A stretch of DNA of 64,000 bases, taken from assembly GCA_963675495.1 (NCBI GenBank), contig OY776215.1, positions 2,464,001-2,528,000 on the forward strand. Direction: 5' to 3'. Positions 17,972 to 29,465 of this stretch are shown one piece after another. Under the pieces are notes generated by a model. It did not search any database. It worked only from the letters and a program-made list of their open reading frames with translations, and was not told the DNA's origin. Both the position numbers and the translations under genes were made by a program. The stretch comes from an uncultured Methanolobus sp. Lineage in GTDB: Archaea; Halobacteriota; Methanosarcinia; Methanosarcinales; Methanosarcinaceae. Position 1 is the first letter of the stretch. Every line of letters begins with the position of its first letter.

Positions 17972-18988
17972 ATGGGAATGCTAGATGACGTCAAATCAAA
18001 GAAAAAACAGAAAGCTGCTGAAAATTGGATGAAAATGGCTGAATCAGCCAAAACACTTGAAAAGCAAATAGAATACTATACCAAATCACTGGACATAGAT
18101 CCCTATAATGCAGAGGCGTGGTTCAAGAAGGGCAAAGGCCTGGAAAGACTTGGACAGTTTGAGGAAGCTAAAAGATGCCTTGACCTTGCAGTCGAAATTG
18201 ATCCGGACTATCAGGGACTTATTAGCCAAAAATATGAATCAAATGCTTCTCCAGCTCCTCTTGTAGATGATGGTGCAAGTTTTGTTTCATCCCCTTCTGA
18301 ACCAGTCATTGAAGATGAACAGGACACCGGGGAATGGATAGCTGAAACACCGGACACAATCATTACAGAAGAAGAGGAAGAAGTGCTTAAGGAGGATGAA
18401 TATTCTTTCACACCGCCTGTTGGGGAAGAATCGATATTCAGCAATGCAATATCAAATTCAGATGAAGACAATGGCTCTCCTGCAATGATTAGGGAAGAAG
18501 AGGATGATGATGTTTTTGGCAGCAGTCAGGAAGGATCATCTGTAATATCTGAACCCGACATAATTTCGGAAAATGGCCACATGGCTGCTGACGAGGCTTC
18601 TTCATTTGCAACATCTATCTCCTCTGAAGTTGAAGAAGTAGTGGTGAATGAAAGAGAGGACACGTTATCATCCGTTCAGGCATCAACTACCCCGGAAACT
18701 CCTTCATCTTTCAAAGCCGAAGAAAATGTTATTAGCAATAAGGAAACTGTAGTCTCAAAATCAGCTAGTATAAGCTCTCCCTCCGCAGCTATCCCCGGGA
18801 AACCTCAAATGGATAAAATGAAAGCTGGATCACTTCCTTCTTCAAAACCCATCAGTAGTTCAAGGCCAGTTGCAATCTCCAGCTCCGAGATAGTAGATAT
18901 CAGGATACCATTGAATGAAACAATAAAATTCTGGGCAATAGGTATTATTGCAATGCTTATCGTTCTGATAATCTCCTCAATAATTTGA
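17972..18988 (+). CDS. TPR protein with acidic/Ser-rich linker and C-terminal membrane anchor
   Basis: N-terminal TPRs (YYTKSLDIDPYNAEAWFKKG..L..LGQFEEA), low-complexity middle, terminal hydrophobic helix. Confidence 0.8.
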   Translation: MGMLDDVKSKKKQKAAENWMKMAESAKTLEKQIEYYTKSLDIDPYNAEAWFKKGKGLERLGQFEEAKRCLDLAVEIDPDYQGLISQKYESNASPAPLVDDGASFVSSPSEPVIEDEQDTGEWIAETPDTIITEEEEEVLKEDEYSFTPPVGEESIFSNAISNSDEDNGSPAMIREEEDDDVFGSSQEGSSVISEPDIISENGHMAADEASSFATSISSEVEEVVVNEREDTLSSVQASTTPETPSSFKAEENVISNKETVVSKSASISSPSAAIPGKPQMDKMKAGSLPSSKPISSSRPVAISSSEIVDIRIPLNETIKFWAIGIIAMLIVLIISSII

Positions 18989-19194
18989 AGATGATCTGGA
19001 AGTTTCAGGAAATTTACTTGGCTGCAGTTATCGAATGATGTAGAGGGTTCAGACATCATTCCTTCTTTTTTAAAAAGTTTGGTAAATTGAATGTTTCCAC
19101 GTAACAAATTACTACTTTGGTGGGAGTCTTCTTCCATTTAGAAATCATTCTAATACTCATCCTTATCTATAATGAAAACAAAACAGTCCCACTG

Positions 19195-19926
19195 ATGTTC
19201 GGACGATTCAGGTGTAATGATAATGTGTTCTACGGTGAGGTGAGTGGCAATACAGTAACTTCACAGGAAGGTGCAGCTGTGGAATATAAACTATCAGAGT
19301 TAGAGGTGCTGCCACCGTCAAATCCATCTAAGGTCGTTTGTGTGGGTCTTAATTATCATGACCATGCAGCTGAGCTCGGTCTTAGCGTTCCCGAAGAGCC
19401 AATACTGTTTATCAAACCACAATCTGCTGTTATTGGTCACAATGGGAAGATACTCTATCCTAAAGTCAGTGAAAGGGTTGACTTTGAAGCAGAGTTGGCT
19501 ATCATTATCGGGAAAAAATGTAAGAATATCACCTATGACCGAGCTTATGATGTTGTTGCTGGTTTTACGTGTTTTAATGATGTGACTGCCCGTGACTTGC
19601 AGCAAAAGGATGGACAGTGGACAAGGGCAAAAAGTTTTGATACCTTTGCGCCTGTAGGTCCTTTCATAGTTCCGGTTGAGGACTTCAATCCGGAAGATGC
19701 TTCAATTGTCACCCGTGTCAATGGTGTCGTAATGCAGGATTCTAATATATCAAAACTGATATTTGATGTACCCTATCTCATAGAATTCATTTCAGGAATA
19801 ATGACACTGGAAGTTGGAGATGTAATTGCAACAGGCACTCCTCCAGGTGTAGGGGAGCTTCACCCCGGTGATATTGTAGAGGTGGAGATAGAAGGAATAG
19901 GGGTTTTGACCAACGAGGTTGTATAA
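19195..19926 (+). CDS. Fumarylacetoacetate hydrolase family protein
   Basis: KVVCVGLNYHDH, DFEAELA, NDVTARDLQ, AKSFDTF, TGTPPGVG. Confidence 0.92.
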   Translation: MFGRFRCNDNVFYGEVSGNTVTSQEGAAVEYKLSELEVLPPSNPSKVVCVGLNYHDHAAELGLSVPEEPILFIKPQSAVIGHNGKILYPKVSERVDFEAELAIIIGKKCKNITYDRAYDVVAGFTCFNDVTARDLQQKDGQWTRAKSFDTFAPVGPFIVPVEDFNPEDASIVTRVNGVVMQDSNISKLIFDVPYLIEFISGIMTLEVGDVIATGTPPGVGELHPGDIVEVEIEGIGVLTNEVV

Positions 19927-20225
19927 TGTTATTTGATCAGGTTAACAGGGAACTGGAACTTGCCCAGCGTCATCTTGAAGTTTTAAAAGTGGTTATTGAC
20001 CGTGGACCTATTGGCATACTCAAGCTTGCGGAAGAAACCGGAATGCCTACACACAAAGTACGTTATTCACTGCGTGTGCTTGAGCAGGGTCAGCTCATAA
20101 AGCCTTCATCTCATGGTGCCATTGCAGGTGATGCAGTGGAGACTTTCCTTTCTGAGTTTGAAAAGGATATTGATGAGCTGATCAGCATGGCAGAAGTGGT
20201 AAAAGATATTGGAAAATCCTTCTGA
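19926..20225 (+). CDS. Winged-helix DNA-binding protein
   Basis: GPIGILKLAEETGMPTHKVRYSLRVLEQ..LIKPS. Confidence 0.75.
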   Translation: MLFDQVNRELELAQRHLEVLKVVIDRGPIGILKLAEETGMPTHKVRYSLRVLEQGQLIKPSSHGAIAGDAVETFLSEFEKDIDELISMAEVVKDIGKSF

Positions 20226-20339
20226 CCATATATTTTAAATTCAGTTCTAATAATTCATTCTACTATGCTTACAATACAAGGGATTACGGAAATTTCCAAT
20301 CCCACTATTACTTTGATCTGATTTTTTCGGAGATCTATA

Positions 20340-22049
20340 ATGACTTTAACTGATGATGATAAAAAAACTATAGAGAAGTATGCACTCCAGAATGCTGTGA
20401 AATATGGTCAAGCTCCACAAATTGGTGCTGTTATGGGTCGTGTCATGGGTGAGTGTCCTCAGCTTCGTTCCAAGGCCAAGGATGTTACTCCGCTCATACA
20501 GGAGATTCTTGTGGAAGTTGCAAAGGAAACACCAGAGCAATGGCAGGCTCGACTTGAGACAATTGCTCCTGAACTTATCGAGGAATTGAATACTAAAAAA
20601 GAACCTGATAAGGGTTTAAAGGCATTGGATGTTGAAGAGGGGCAGCAGGTTGTAATGCGTTTTGCGCCAAACCCTAATGGTCCGCCAACCCTTGGAAGTA
20701 CTCGTGGTATCGTTGTGAATTCCGAGTATGTAAAAAAGTACGGTGGCAAGTTCATCATACGTTTTGATGACACCGACCCTCAGACAAAGCGTCCCATGCT
20801 TGAAGCATACGACTGGTATGTGGATGACTGTAAATGGCTCGGTGCTAACCCTGACGAGATAGTCATTGCTTCTGACAGGGTGTCTGTCTATTATGATTAT
20901 GCCCGCAAGCTCATAGAAATGGGACATGCATATGTCTGTTTCTGTGATGGTGGGGATTTTAAGAAATTCAAGGATGCAAAGGAGCCCTGTCCACACAGGA
21001 ATGCAAGTCCTGAGGAAAATATGGGACATTGGGATAAGATGGTCGCAGGTGAATATGAGGAGAGATATGCTGTCCTGCGTATCAAAACCGATATCACTCA
21101 TAAGGACCCGGCACTTCGTGATTTTGGTGCATTTAGGATTGTAAAGACCCCACACCCTCGTCCGGAAGTTGGGGATAAATACTGTGTCTGGCCATTACTT
21201 GACTTCGAGGGTGCCATTGAGGACCATGAACTCGGTATGACTCACATCATCAGGGGTAAGGATCTGATGGACAGTGAAAAACGCCAGACATACATCTACA
21301 ATTACCTTGGCTGGACCTATCCGAAAACAACTCACTGGGGTCGTGTGAAGATGCACGAGTTCGGTAAGTTTAGTACCAGTGGACTTCGACAGGCTATAGA
21401 GGATGGTGAGTATTCCGGGTGGGATGACCCTCGTCTGCCAACCTTACGTGCACTGCGCAGGAGGGGTATTCTGCCCGAAGCTATCCGTAAGTTCATGATC
21501 GATATGGGTGTTGGTGAGACTGATATCAGCCTCAGTATGGACACACTCTATGCAGAGAACCGTAAGATAATTGACCCGATAGCTAACAGGTATTTCTTCG
21601 TATGGGATCCGGTCGAGCTTGAGATTGCTAATGCAGAGCCCTGCACAGTGACTCCTGCACTTCATCCAACAGAAGACAGGGGTACTCGCAGTATAGATGT
21701 CGGTTCAAAGATATACGTATGTAATGATGATGCCGATAAGTTTGAAGTGGGTTCAAAGTTGAGGCTCAAAGACCTCTATAATGTAGAGATAACATCTATG
21801 GAACCACTTCAGGTTCGCTACATTGATGATTCCATGGAGACAGCCAAAAAAGAAAAGATGAGAATAATCCACTGGGCTCCAATGGATGGGGCTTCTGTGA
21901 GGGTGCTCTCACCAGATGGCGAGTTCACTGGGATTGGTGAAAGGCAGGTCGCTACAGAGCTGGACAAGGTTGTACAGTTTGAAAGATTTGGTTTCTGCAG
22001 GATAGATGCCGTGGCAGGAGAAGTGGTGGCTTATTATACACATAAGTAA
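20340..22049 (+). CDS. gltX: Glutamyl-tRNA synthetase (archaeal type)
   Basis: RFAPNPNGP, RFDDTDP, THIIRGKD, GWDDPRLPT, QFERFGF. Confidence 0.96.
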   Translation: MTLTDDDKKTIEKYALQNAVKYGQAPQIGAVMGRVMGECPQLRSKAKDVTPLIQEILVEVAKETPEQWQARLETIAPELIEELNTKKEPDKGLKALDVEEGQQVVMRFAPNPNGPPTLGSTRGIVVNSEYVKKYGGKFIIRFDDTDPQTKRPMLEAYDWYVDDCKWLGANPDEIVIASDRVSVYYDYARKLIEMGHAYVCFCDGGDFKKFKDAKEPCPHRNASPEENMGHWDKMVAGEYEERYAVLRIKTDITHKDPALRDFGAFRIVKTPHPRPEVGDKYCVWPLLDFEGAIEDHELGMTHIIRGKDLMDSEKRQTYIYNYLGWTYPKTTHWGRVKMHEFGKFSTSGLRQAIEDGEYSGWDDPRLPTLRALRRRGILPEAIRKFMIDMGVGETDISLSMDTLYAENRKIIDPIANRYFFVWDPVELEIANAEPCTVTPALHPTEDRGTRSIDVGSKIYVCNDDADKFEVGSKLRLKDLYNVEITSMEPLQVRYIDDSMETAKKEKMRIIHWAPMDGASVRVLSPDGEFTGIGERQVATELDKVVQFERFGFCRIDAVAGEVVAYYTHK

Positions 22050-22151
22050 CAAGGGAATTTTTAGATATTCCCTTTCTTTTTATTCCATAAGTTAAATCCA
22101 AAAACTCTTTTTTGTTGCTTATTGTATTAACATACTATTGAGGTCTTTCGA

Positions 22152-23099
22152 ATGCCCAAATTCCCACGTCCTATCATTGTGATCAGCAAGTGTCTTGGAT
22201 TTGCAGCCTGTCGCTATGACGGAGAAATGCTACCATTCCAAATAGCTGAATCCATGAAACCTTTTGTTGACTTCATTGATGTCTGCCCGGAGTGTGAAAT
22301 TGGTCTGGGTGTTCCACGCAAGCCTATTCGTATAGTTTCCAATGACAAGAAACGTCTTATACAGCCAGCTACCGGAAAGGATCTCACTGATGAGATGGTG
22401 ACTTTTGCACGATCCTATCTTGGAAAATTGGATGATTTTGATGGTTTCATTCTGAAATCGAAGTCACCTTCATGTGGAATTGGGACAACTAAAGTTTTCC
22501 CCGATTCAGATAGTAAAGAATACTTGCATAACCAGGAAAATGGTTTTTTTGTGGATGCAATATTAAGAGATTATCCATACCTGCCTGTTATTGATGAAGT
22601 ACGAACAGACGACTATCTTCTAAGGGATCATTTCCTAACCCGGGTATTCACAATGGCATCTTTCAGGGAAATATCATCTTCCACAAAGCTGCATGCATTG
22701 GTTGAGTATCATACAAGGAACAAACTTCTGTTCATGGCATACGATAAGCAACTTATGACTGGCATGGGTAATCTTGTTGCAAATAAAGATAATCTTCCGG
22801 TTGAGCAGGTTTATGAAAAATACCTATCCTTTTTGCTGCAGGTCCTTTCAAAACCAGCTGAAACAGGTCCTGTTGTCAATTCTATGATGCATGCATTCGG
22901 CTATTTTTCACGGAACCTCAGTACCAGGGATAAATTCATCTTCATGCAGAAATTACAAAATTATCGTGAAGACAATTCTTCAGTTTTTCAATTGAAAAAG
23001 TGGTTCCTATCTAAAGCAGAAGAGTTTAATGCGGACTATCTTTTAAAGCAAACATTTTTCCATCCTTATCCTCAGGAACTGTCTGCTGTTTTCAGGTAG
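22152..23099 (+). CDS. YbgA family protein (DUF523 + DUF1722)
   Basis: SKCLG...RYDG, CPECEIGLGVPR, KSKSPSCG, H..NKL..MA, HAFGYF. Confidence 0.88.
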   Translation: MPKFPRPIIVISKCLGFAACRYDGEMLPFQIAESMKPFVDFIDVCPECEIGLGVPRKPIRIVSNDKKRLIQPATGKDLTDEMVTFARSYLGKLDDFDGFILKSKSPSCGIGTTKVFPDSDSKEYLHNQENGFFVDAILRDYPYLPVIDEVRTDDYLLRDHFLTRVFTMASFREISSSTKLHALVEYHTRNKLLFMAYDKQLMTGMGNLVANKDNLPVEQVYEKYLSFLLQVLSKPAETGPVVNSMMHAFGYFSRNLSTRDKFIFMQKLQNYREDNSSVFQLKKWFLSKAEEFNADYLLKQTFFHPYPQELSAVFR

Positions 23100-23176
23100 T
23101 TTGATATGTTTTAAAAATCCATATTATATTATCGGCACAGTGTTCGTCAGGGGTAAACACCAGGGAGGATTTTATC

Positions 23177-23419
23177 GTGGAAGATGATGGTATCGAATCA
23201 ATTGACATTAAAGATTCTGATAAGAACGAAGAAGAAAAACTCATAGAAGTGTGTCCTGTATGTGGCAGTCCGGATCTTTATTACGAGACCGGGGGGATTG
23301 AAGGTCTGTATCATTGTAAATACTGCGGTTACATTGGCGGATTTGTTATTGATGCCAACGAGAAAATGATGGCTCTTATACGTGATGAATACGAGCGTAA
23401 GCTAAGGATATCTGAATAA
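23177..23419 (+). CDS. Small Zn-ribbon protein
   Basis: CPVCGS...YHCKYCGY; GGAGG RBS. Confidence 0.75.
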   Translation: MEDDGIESIDIKDSDKNEEEKLIEVCPVCGSPDLYYETGGIEGLYHCKYCGYIGGFVIDANEKMMALIRDEYERKLRISE

Positions 23420-23464
23420 ACTTCCAGCTCTTTTCCATGGCAAATACATAAAAAAGTAAAGATT

Positions 23465-23482
23465 AGGTGGTTAAAACCACCT
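23465..23482 (-). terminator. Hairpin terminator after rps3ae
   Basis: AGGTGGTT-AA-AACCACCT with downstream T tracts on the minus strand. Confidence 0.5.
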
Positions 23483-23492
23483 GAATATTAAT

Positions 23493-24083
23493 TTAAGCTG
23501 CTACAGGGACAGATTTTACTTCTGTCTTTCTGATCTCTACTCTTCTGAGAGGATAGATAGACTTTGCATTTCTGTAAATGTTTGCGGAAAGTTTGCCCAT
23601 GATAGCTTCTTCGATAAACTGCTCGTAGCCAAGTTCTGCTGCACGATCATTTACGATAGTGGTCATTACTTCTCTGATGCCTTTTATCTGGCTTGTTCTT
23701 GCTCTTTTGACTGTGAAGCATATAGGCTTCACTCTTACGACATATCCGTCCTTTGTTGTAACGTCGAGGTTTGCGTCAATTCTTGATGTCTGACGCTTTA
23801 CGATAGAGCGCAGGTAATCTGTAGTGATCTCGTGACCAAGGAATCTTGTACTTGCAATGTCACCATTGACATCGTTGATCTCGAGTCTGAGCTTTGTGTT
23901 GTGCTTTGTGAAATCGTTAGCAATTTCCCCAACAGTGGTCTCAACTACACGGCCAATGAGCTGCTCTGGTTCTTCTGCAGGTGTGACACCAATGTTTGCC
24001 CTGCTCATAAATTCCGGTGTTTCAACGTTGTACCATGTCTTAGACTTCCATTTGTCTAACTTTCTCTGCACTTTCCTTGCCAA
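23493..24083 (-). CDS. rps3ae: 30S ribosomal protein S3Ae (eS1)
   Basis: [27 protein letters not shown]. Confidence 0.96.
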   Translation of the reverse strand: MARKVQRKLDKWKSKTWYNVETPEFMSRANIGVTPAEEPEQLIGRVVETTVGEIANDFTKHNTKLRLEINDVNGDIASTRFLGHEITTDYLRSIVKRQTSRIDANLDVTTKDGYVVRVKPICFTVKRARTSQIKGIREVMTTIVNDRAAELGYEQFIEEAIMGKLSANIYRNAKSIYPLRRVEIRKTEVKSVPVAA

Positions 24084-24264
24084 ATAATTCCTCCGAATGA
24101 TTGTGATTTAATGATATATGCAATTCTAATGATATATTGTAATTGTTCAACTAGCGATCAGAATCTGATTCTGAAATAATGTATAAACTGATAAATTGGC
24201 TCTCTATACTATGCATGTCTCTATATAAAGAAATCGGTTACTGGTTTCATTAGAGAGTATGGGT

Positions 24265-24322
24265 AATTGTGAGTGACAAAAAGTATTTTATTAATAAATA
24301 CTTCTCTATGACATTCACAATT
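24265..24322. promoter_or_regulatory. Nested inverted repeat over the TATA-like region upstream of thiM (candidate operator)
   Basis: AATTGTGAGTG...AAGTATTT-N7-AAATACTT...CATTCACAATT. Confidence 0.4.
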
Positions 24323-24375
24323 GGAAATCTACTATCAAGAAAATGCTTCTTGTGGCATAGAGGAGTCTATTATAT

Positions 24376-25161
24376 ATGAATCATCCACTACAGAAAATAA
24401 GGGAAACAAAACCGTTGGTGCATCACATCACTAACTGGGTAACTATCTACGACTGTGCTAACATGACAAGGGCATTCGGTGCTCTTCCCGTAATGGCTCA
24501 TGCTAAGGAAGAGTGTGCAGACATGACGGGTATCTCGTCAGCTCTTGTTCTTAATATCGGTACCCTTACAACCGATCTTATTGATGCTATGCTCATCTCT
24601 GCAACTGCTGCAAATGAAAAGAACATACCTGTGGTGCTTGATGCTGTAGGTGTTGGTGCCACAAAGTTCCGTGATGATATGGCAGCAAAGATACTTGATT
24701 CCGTTCGTATTGACATTATAAAAGGTAACTATTCGGAGATTGCAAAACTTGCAGGAGAAAATGCCCAGACAAGAGGCGTTGAAGCAACATCCATTGATGC
24801 TGATCCAAAGAAAGTTGCAAGGGAATTCGCAAATTCAAGGTCATGTGTTGTTGTGATGACTGGTAAGGAAGACATCATCAGTGATGGGAAAACTACCTAT
24901 GTTGTAAAGAACGGCCATGAGTCAATGGGTCTTATCGTAGGTACAGGTTGCATGGCTGCATCGGTAATTGGTTCATTTGCCGCGGTCAATGCAGATTATT
25001 GTGATGCTGCAAAGGATGCATTGTGTTATTTCGGGATTGCCGGGGAACTAGCAGCTCACCAGTCCGCAGGTCCGGGAACTTTCAAGATGTATTTCTACGA
25101 TGAAGTATTCAATCTTTCAGACGAAAAAGTGCAGCCTATGATGAATGTTGAAGAATGCTGA
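24376..25161 (+). CDS. thiM: Hydroxyethylthiazole kinase
   Basis: [37 protein letters not shown]. Confidence 0.95.
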   Translation: MNHPLQKIRETKPLVHHITNWVTIYDCANMTRAFGALPVMAHAKEECADMTGISSALVLNIGTLTTDLIDAMLISATAANEKNIPVVLDAVGVGATKFRDDMAAKILDSVRIDIIKGNYSEIAKLAGENAQTRGVEATSIDADPKKVAREFANSRSCVVVMTGKEDIISDGKTTYVVKNGHESMGLIVGTGCMAASVIGSFAAVNADYCDAAKDALCYFGIAGELAAHQSAGPGTFKMYFYDEVFNLSDEKVQPMMNVEEC

Positions 25162-25167
25162 GTTGAC

Positions 25168-25821
25168 ATGGAACACAAAAGATCATTGCTGGACCTTATG
25201 GACTTCTATCTTGTAACTGATTCAGGCCTGTCCGTAAAGGGAACCCTGTCAGATGTAGAAAATGCGGTTGCTGCAGGATGCAGGATCGTCCAGTACAGAG
25301 AAAAGACCATAAGCACAAAGGATATGGTCATTGAAGCGGCACAGATCAAAATTCTATGTGGCAGTGAGGCGATATTCCTTGTGAATGACAGGGTTGATGT
25401 TGCACTCGCCGTTGATGCAGATGGTGTTCATATCGGCCAGGATGATATGCCCATCGACACTGCCAGAGAGCTTCTGGGGAAGGATAAGATTATCGGTCTC
25501 ACTGTCCATAATGTAAAGGAAGCCCTTGAGGCTGAACAAAGTGGTGCTGATTACGTGGGCCTGAGCCCAATTTTTGATACATCCACCAAGAAAGATGCTG
25601 GGAATGGCATTGGTCCTGAAAGTATCAAGGCCGTTAAGGATGCAATAAAGATACCAGTTGTTGCAATCGGTGGCATCAATAAACAGAACACCGAAAGTGT
25701 CATTATAGGCGGTGCTGACAGTCTGGTGGCCATCTCCGCGATTGTATGTAGTGATGATGTTACAAGGGAAACAAAGGACTTCATTGATCTTATAAGACTG
25801 ACAAAGGGACAAGGCCAGTAA
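25168..25821 (+). CDS. thiE: Thiamine-phosphate synthase
   Basis: [34 protein letters not shown]. Confidence 0.95.
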   Translation: MEHKRSLLDLMDFYLVTDSGLSVKGTLSDVENAVAAGCRIVQYREKTISTKDMVIEAAQIKILCGSEAIFLVNDRVDVALAVDADGVHIGQDDMPIDTARELLGKDKIIGLTVHNVKEALEAEQSGADYVGLSPIFDTSTKKDAGNGIGPESIKAVKDAIKIPVVAIGGINKQNTESVIIGGADSLVAISAIVCSDDVTRETKDFIDLIRLTKGQGQ

Positions 25822-25893
25822 ACAAAAACTGTATTGCTACTCAAAAAATGAAATGGATGTTGATGGGACATTATTCCCATCAAAAACAAAATA

Positions 25894-27465
25894 TCAGAGG
25901 AATTTGATTCCTTCTGGAATCTTTCCTGCTCTTTTCCTGAATTCCTCAGGCCAGTTCTCAGGGTCCAGTCCTTTCTGTGCAAAGAACGCGGAAGCCCATC
26001 TTTCCAGTCCAACACCGGAACATCCGGACCAGAGTTCTTCACCAGACTGGCATTTGACATTGAATCCAGACGGGTACTTGTTGCCGTTCACACTGACATT
26101 CTGGAATTCCAGCCATTCACCATCTTCGCCACGGTAAGGCAGGACTGCTTCATAATCGGTTGTACCAGCTTCGGTCTGTTCGGAAACTCCGGTAAGGCCT
26201 TCCTGTGCCATGAACCAAGGTGTGACCCATGCTTTTCTCCATTCAAGGTCCAGTATTTCATTGAATATGTGCATGTATCTTTCGTGTAACTCGTTAGCAG
26301 TCTTAATAACCTGCTCTTTGTTTCCGACCCAGAGAATTTCTATTCTGTGGAACTCATCCACACGTTCCATGCCGTGAATTCCACCACTCTCATACCTGTG
26401 TGAAGTTCCTGACCTGTCAAATACCTTTATAGGGAATTCGTCGGTTGGTACTGTTTCACCCTGCAGGTATGTCCAGAAAGGAGGACACTGTGCATAGCAC
26501 ATTCCACCGATAGGGTCACCAATTTTCTCTTTTATAAGGGACGTAGGGACCTCAAGGGTCACTTTATAGTGGTCAATGACCTCTTCCCAGAATTCCGGGT
26601 CTCTGGTCTTAGGTGGGCACACGTAATAAATTTCAGGATAAACACCTTTTGCATGTCCTGATTTCTGCCATACTTCCCAGGGCACAAGTTTTGGGAAGAT
26701 CATTTCACTGTACTCAAGAGGTTCCAGCAGTTCGTCAAGCACTATCTTCTCAAAGGTCCTGAACATTTTTGTGGACTGGGGGCCATGTATCCATTGTCCT
26801 CTGCTGGCTCCTCTTTTGAGCCATCCGGCTTCTACCATTGCTTTTGTCGGGTCTTCAGTGAAAACGTGTTCCTTTTTTTCACTTTGCCAGAGTACATTCC
26901 AGTGTTCTGTCTTTCCGCCGTATGTCTGTTGTTCCAGTTTGTCTTCCATCAGGGAAAGTATCCTGTCAGGCACACGGTTTGACATTGCAGCCTCATTAAC
27001 ATCAAGTACAAGTTTGATGTTCCCGTTCTCATAGCTCATCTCTGTGACATAGGGGATCTTCATCTGGGGAAGTTCCTTTTCAGATGGCACTTCAATGGTG
27101 TATGACTTGACCTCGATTCCACGTATACCGATCTTGAACTCTTTTCCAAGCTTAGCTGCGAGGGGCTTTTTCATACGAAGCAATGCATCATGGACACGTA
27201 CATGCCTGCCGGACTGGATGGTAAGATTGATCCTGTCTCCATCTACACTATGTTCTGTTACCTTTGCTCCCTGTCCTTCAGGTGCACCTTTGGTGAGTAC
27301 GGTCTGATTAGCTTCATCAATATATGCGTTAACAACGTCCACAGCTTTTGTTGCATCAGCACTTGTCTTAAGTGAACACTCCAGCCTGAATTTGAAATTG
27401 ATTACAGCTCCGACACCATCAGTTTTGTCTGCTGGACAGCATTCATCTCTTTTCTTTGCTTCCAT
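25894..27465 (-). CDS. serS: Seryl-tRNA synthetase, methanogen type
   Basis: [50 protein letters not shown]; start may be ATC 27402. Confidence 0.93.
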   Translation of the reverse strand: MEAKKRDECCPADKTDGVGAVINFKFRLECSLKTSADATKAVDVVNAYIDEANQTVLTKGAPEGQGAKVTEHSVDGDRINLTIQSGRHVRVHDALLRMKKPLAAKLGKEFKIGIRGIEVKSYTIEVPSEKELPQMKIPYVTEMSYENGNIKLVLDVNEAAMSNRVPDRILSLMEDKLEQQTYGGKTEHWNVLWQSEKKEHVFTEDPTKAMVEAGWLKRGASRGQWIHGPQSTKMFRTFEKIVLDELLEPLEYSEMIFPKLVPWEVWQKSGHAKGVYPEIYYVCPPKTRDPEFWEEVIDHYKVTLEVPTSLIKEKIGDPIGGMCYAQCPPFWTYLQGETVPTDEFPIKVFDRSGTSHRYESGGIHGMERVDEFHRIEILWVGNKEQVIKTANELHERYMHIFNEILDLEWRKAWVTPWFMAQEGLTGVSEQTEAGTTDYEAVLPYRGEDGEWLEFQNVSVNGNKYPSGFNVKCQSGEELWSGCSGVGLERWASAFFAQKGLDPENWPEEFRKRAGKIPEGIKFL

Positions 27466-27670
27466 TATGATTCCATTCCTTTTTGTAATTTTGGTAATTT
27501 AGTGGCGATAAGTAAGTTATGATGCCTGATTTCCACAAATATTTATCTGTGTCTGCTTACTTTATGCATGATGTATCTTTTGCTAATTAAGAGCTTCTCT
27601 TTATTGGTTGCCATCCAAGAGTTATTCTTTTAACGGAAAAAAACATCTAAGTCAGAAACGAGGGTATTAT

Positions 27671-28600
27671 ATGAATGTTCTAATATTAGGCGCTGGAGCG
27701 GTAGGTCTTTCCCTTGCCGCAAAACTTTCCTCAGTTTGCAATGTGCACGCGGTCTGCCGCCAGAAGCATGCTGACAAAATAAAGTCTGATGGTTTCAGAA
27801 TGACTGGAATGTGGGGTGATGCTACATACACTTTCAGCTGCTCGGAAGATGTCCCGGATACTAATTATGATTATATTTTCATCACTTCGAAATCAACCTC
27901 TACCAAAGCCATATGTGAGCAGTTCTCTGACGTTATCAAAGGTAAGGAAATCATAAGCATGCAGAACGGCCTGGGTAACGAGGAAATAATTGCCAGATAC
28001 ACCGATAAAGTAATCGGTGGCACCATTATCACTGGATTTGAATGGGCAGGCGATGCAAAGATTCATGTTTCTGTGGAAACAGGTCCCATGAACCTTGGCA
28101 GGTTCCCATCAGGTCTTGATGGATCTGTATTGGAGCTGGTTAAGCTCGTAAAAAGTGCAGGTATTCAGGTTACTGAGACAGAGAACATAATGAGTTCCGT
28201 CTGGTCCAAGGTCCTTTACAACTCAGCCCTTAACCCACTTGGTGCAGTCATGGGTGTTCCCTATGGTAAACTGGAAAACCCGCATGCATGGGATATCATC
28301 AAGAATATCGTAAATGAGGCCTTCATTGTCACAGAAGCTGAAGGAGTTGTCCTTCCATGGAAAACAGCGGAAGAATATCTAACATTCCTGCACGATTTCC
28401 AGCTCCCAAACACAGCAGGACACCATTCTTCGATGTTCCAGGACATCTCATCAGGAAGAAAGACCGAGATCGACTTTCTTAACGGTGCTATTGTTGCAAG
28501 GGCAAAGAAATTGGGTATTGATACACCCTATAACACTTTCATTTCAGAGCAGATACGCTTCATGGAAGCTTTGCAGGCAGAAAAACAATCACAGGTTTAG
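27671..28600 (+). CDS. panE: 2-dehydropantoate 2-reductase
   Basis: ILGAGAVG, QNGLG, WSK..NSALNPL, SSMFQDI..GRKTEIDFLNG. Confidence 0.92.
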   Translation: MNVLILGAGAVGLSLAAKLSSVCNVHAVCRQKHADKIKSDGFRMTGMWGDATYTFSCSEDVPDTNYDYIFITSKSTSTKAICEQFSDVIKGKEIISMQNGLGNEEIIARYTDKVIGGTIITGFEWAGDAKIHVSVETGPMNLGRFPSGLDGSVLELVKLVKSAGIQVTETENIMSSVWSKVLYNSALNPLGAVMGVPYGKLENPHAWDIIKNIVNEAFIVTEAEGVVLPWKTAEEYLTFLHDFQLPNTAGHHSSMFQDISSGRKTEIDFLNGAIVARAKKLGIDTPYNTFISEQIRFMEALQAEKQSQV

Positions 28601-28643
28601 ATTATTTATTAGATCGATGTAACTATAGTTGGCAGGTGTGTAC

Positions 28644-29213
28644 ATGACAATCCGAAAAGTGAGTGAACTTGTAGATCAGGGATTTGAAGGCATCAAAAAA
28701 GAGATTATGGGATGCACTGACTGTCAGCTTCATGAAACGGTAACAAACAAAGTCATCAGTAAAGGTTCCCAAAATCCGAGGGTTGTTTTTGTTGGTGAGG
28801 CTCCCGGCAAGAATGAAGATGAAACTGGTATCCCCTTCTGCGGCAGAGCTGGCAAGAATCTTGATAGTATGGTAGCTTACATGGGGCTTTCCGAGAAGGA
28901 TTATGCAGTTATAAACACAATAAAATGCCGCCCTCCTAAAAATCGTAATCCTCTGAAAAGTGAGATAACTGCCTGCAAACCTTTCCTTCAGGCCCAGATA
29001 GAACTTCTTGACCCAAAAGTTATCATTCTGCTCGGGAACACTGCGGAAAAAGCCTTTTGCAACGGAGAGAAACTTGAATGGGGTGTTCCCAGAATTGTGG
29101 ATGGAAAGTATACTTTGCTGAAGATCTATCATCCAGCAGCGCTCATTTATCAGCGCTCAAGAATAGAAGAACAGAATGCTCTGATAGATAGCAACAGGAA
29201 TCTATGGGAATAA
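28644..29213 (+). CDS. Uracil-DNA glycosylase family 4
   Basis: CTDCQL, VGEAPG.NED.TG.PF.GRAG, KCRPP.NR, YHPAA. Confidence 0.92.
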   Translation: MTIRKVSELVDQGFEGIKKEIMGCTDCQLHETVTNKVISKGSQNPRVVFVGEAPGKNEDETGIPFCGRAGKNLDSMVAYMGLSEKDYAVINTIKCRPPKNRNPLKSEITACKPFLQAQIELLDPKVIILLGNTAEKAFCNGEKLEWGVPRIVDGKYTLLKIYHPAALIYQRSRIEEQNALIDSNRNLWE

Positions 29214-29231
29214 AAAACTAGGTTTTGAATT

Positions 29232-29465
29232 TTATTCTTTAAGTTTTTCGGCTATCTCTTCTGCTATTTTTGCATTCATAAGGAGATCATCAACCGTAGC
29301 TATTAGCGAGTTTATCTTCTCAGTAGAGATATGGATGCACACACTATCATCCTTTACCTCAGTTCGCATGCTAGTCAGATTATCTGGAGCCAGAGAGTTC
29401 GCAATTCTCCCAGCTATCTGCATAGCTCCTTCATCTTTGAATTCGATGGTAGTACTTATCTTCAT
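29232..29465 (-). CDS. pcc1: KEOPS complex subunit Pcc1
   Basis: SLAPDN, L.ATVDDLLMN.KIA; follows the DHH gene. Confidence 0.8.
   Translation of the reverse strand: MKISTTIEFKDEGAMQIAGRIANSLAPDNLTSMRTEVKDDSVCIHISTEKINSLIATVDDLLMNAKIAEEIAEKLKE

Noticed and set aside
24084-24375. TPP riboswitch upstream of thiM
   Set aside because: No CTGAGA or ACCTGA core motifs present.
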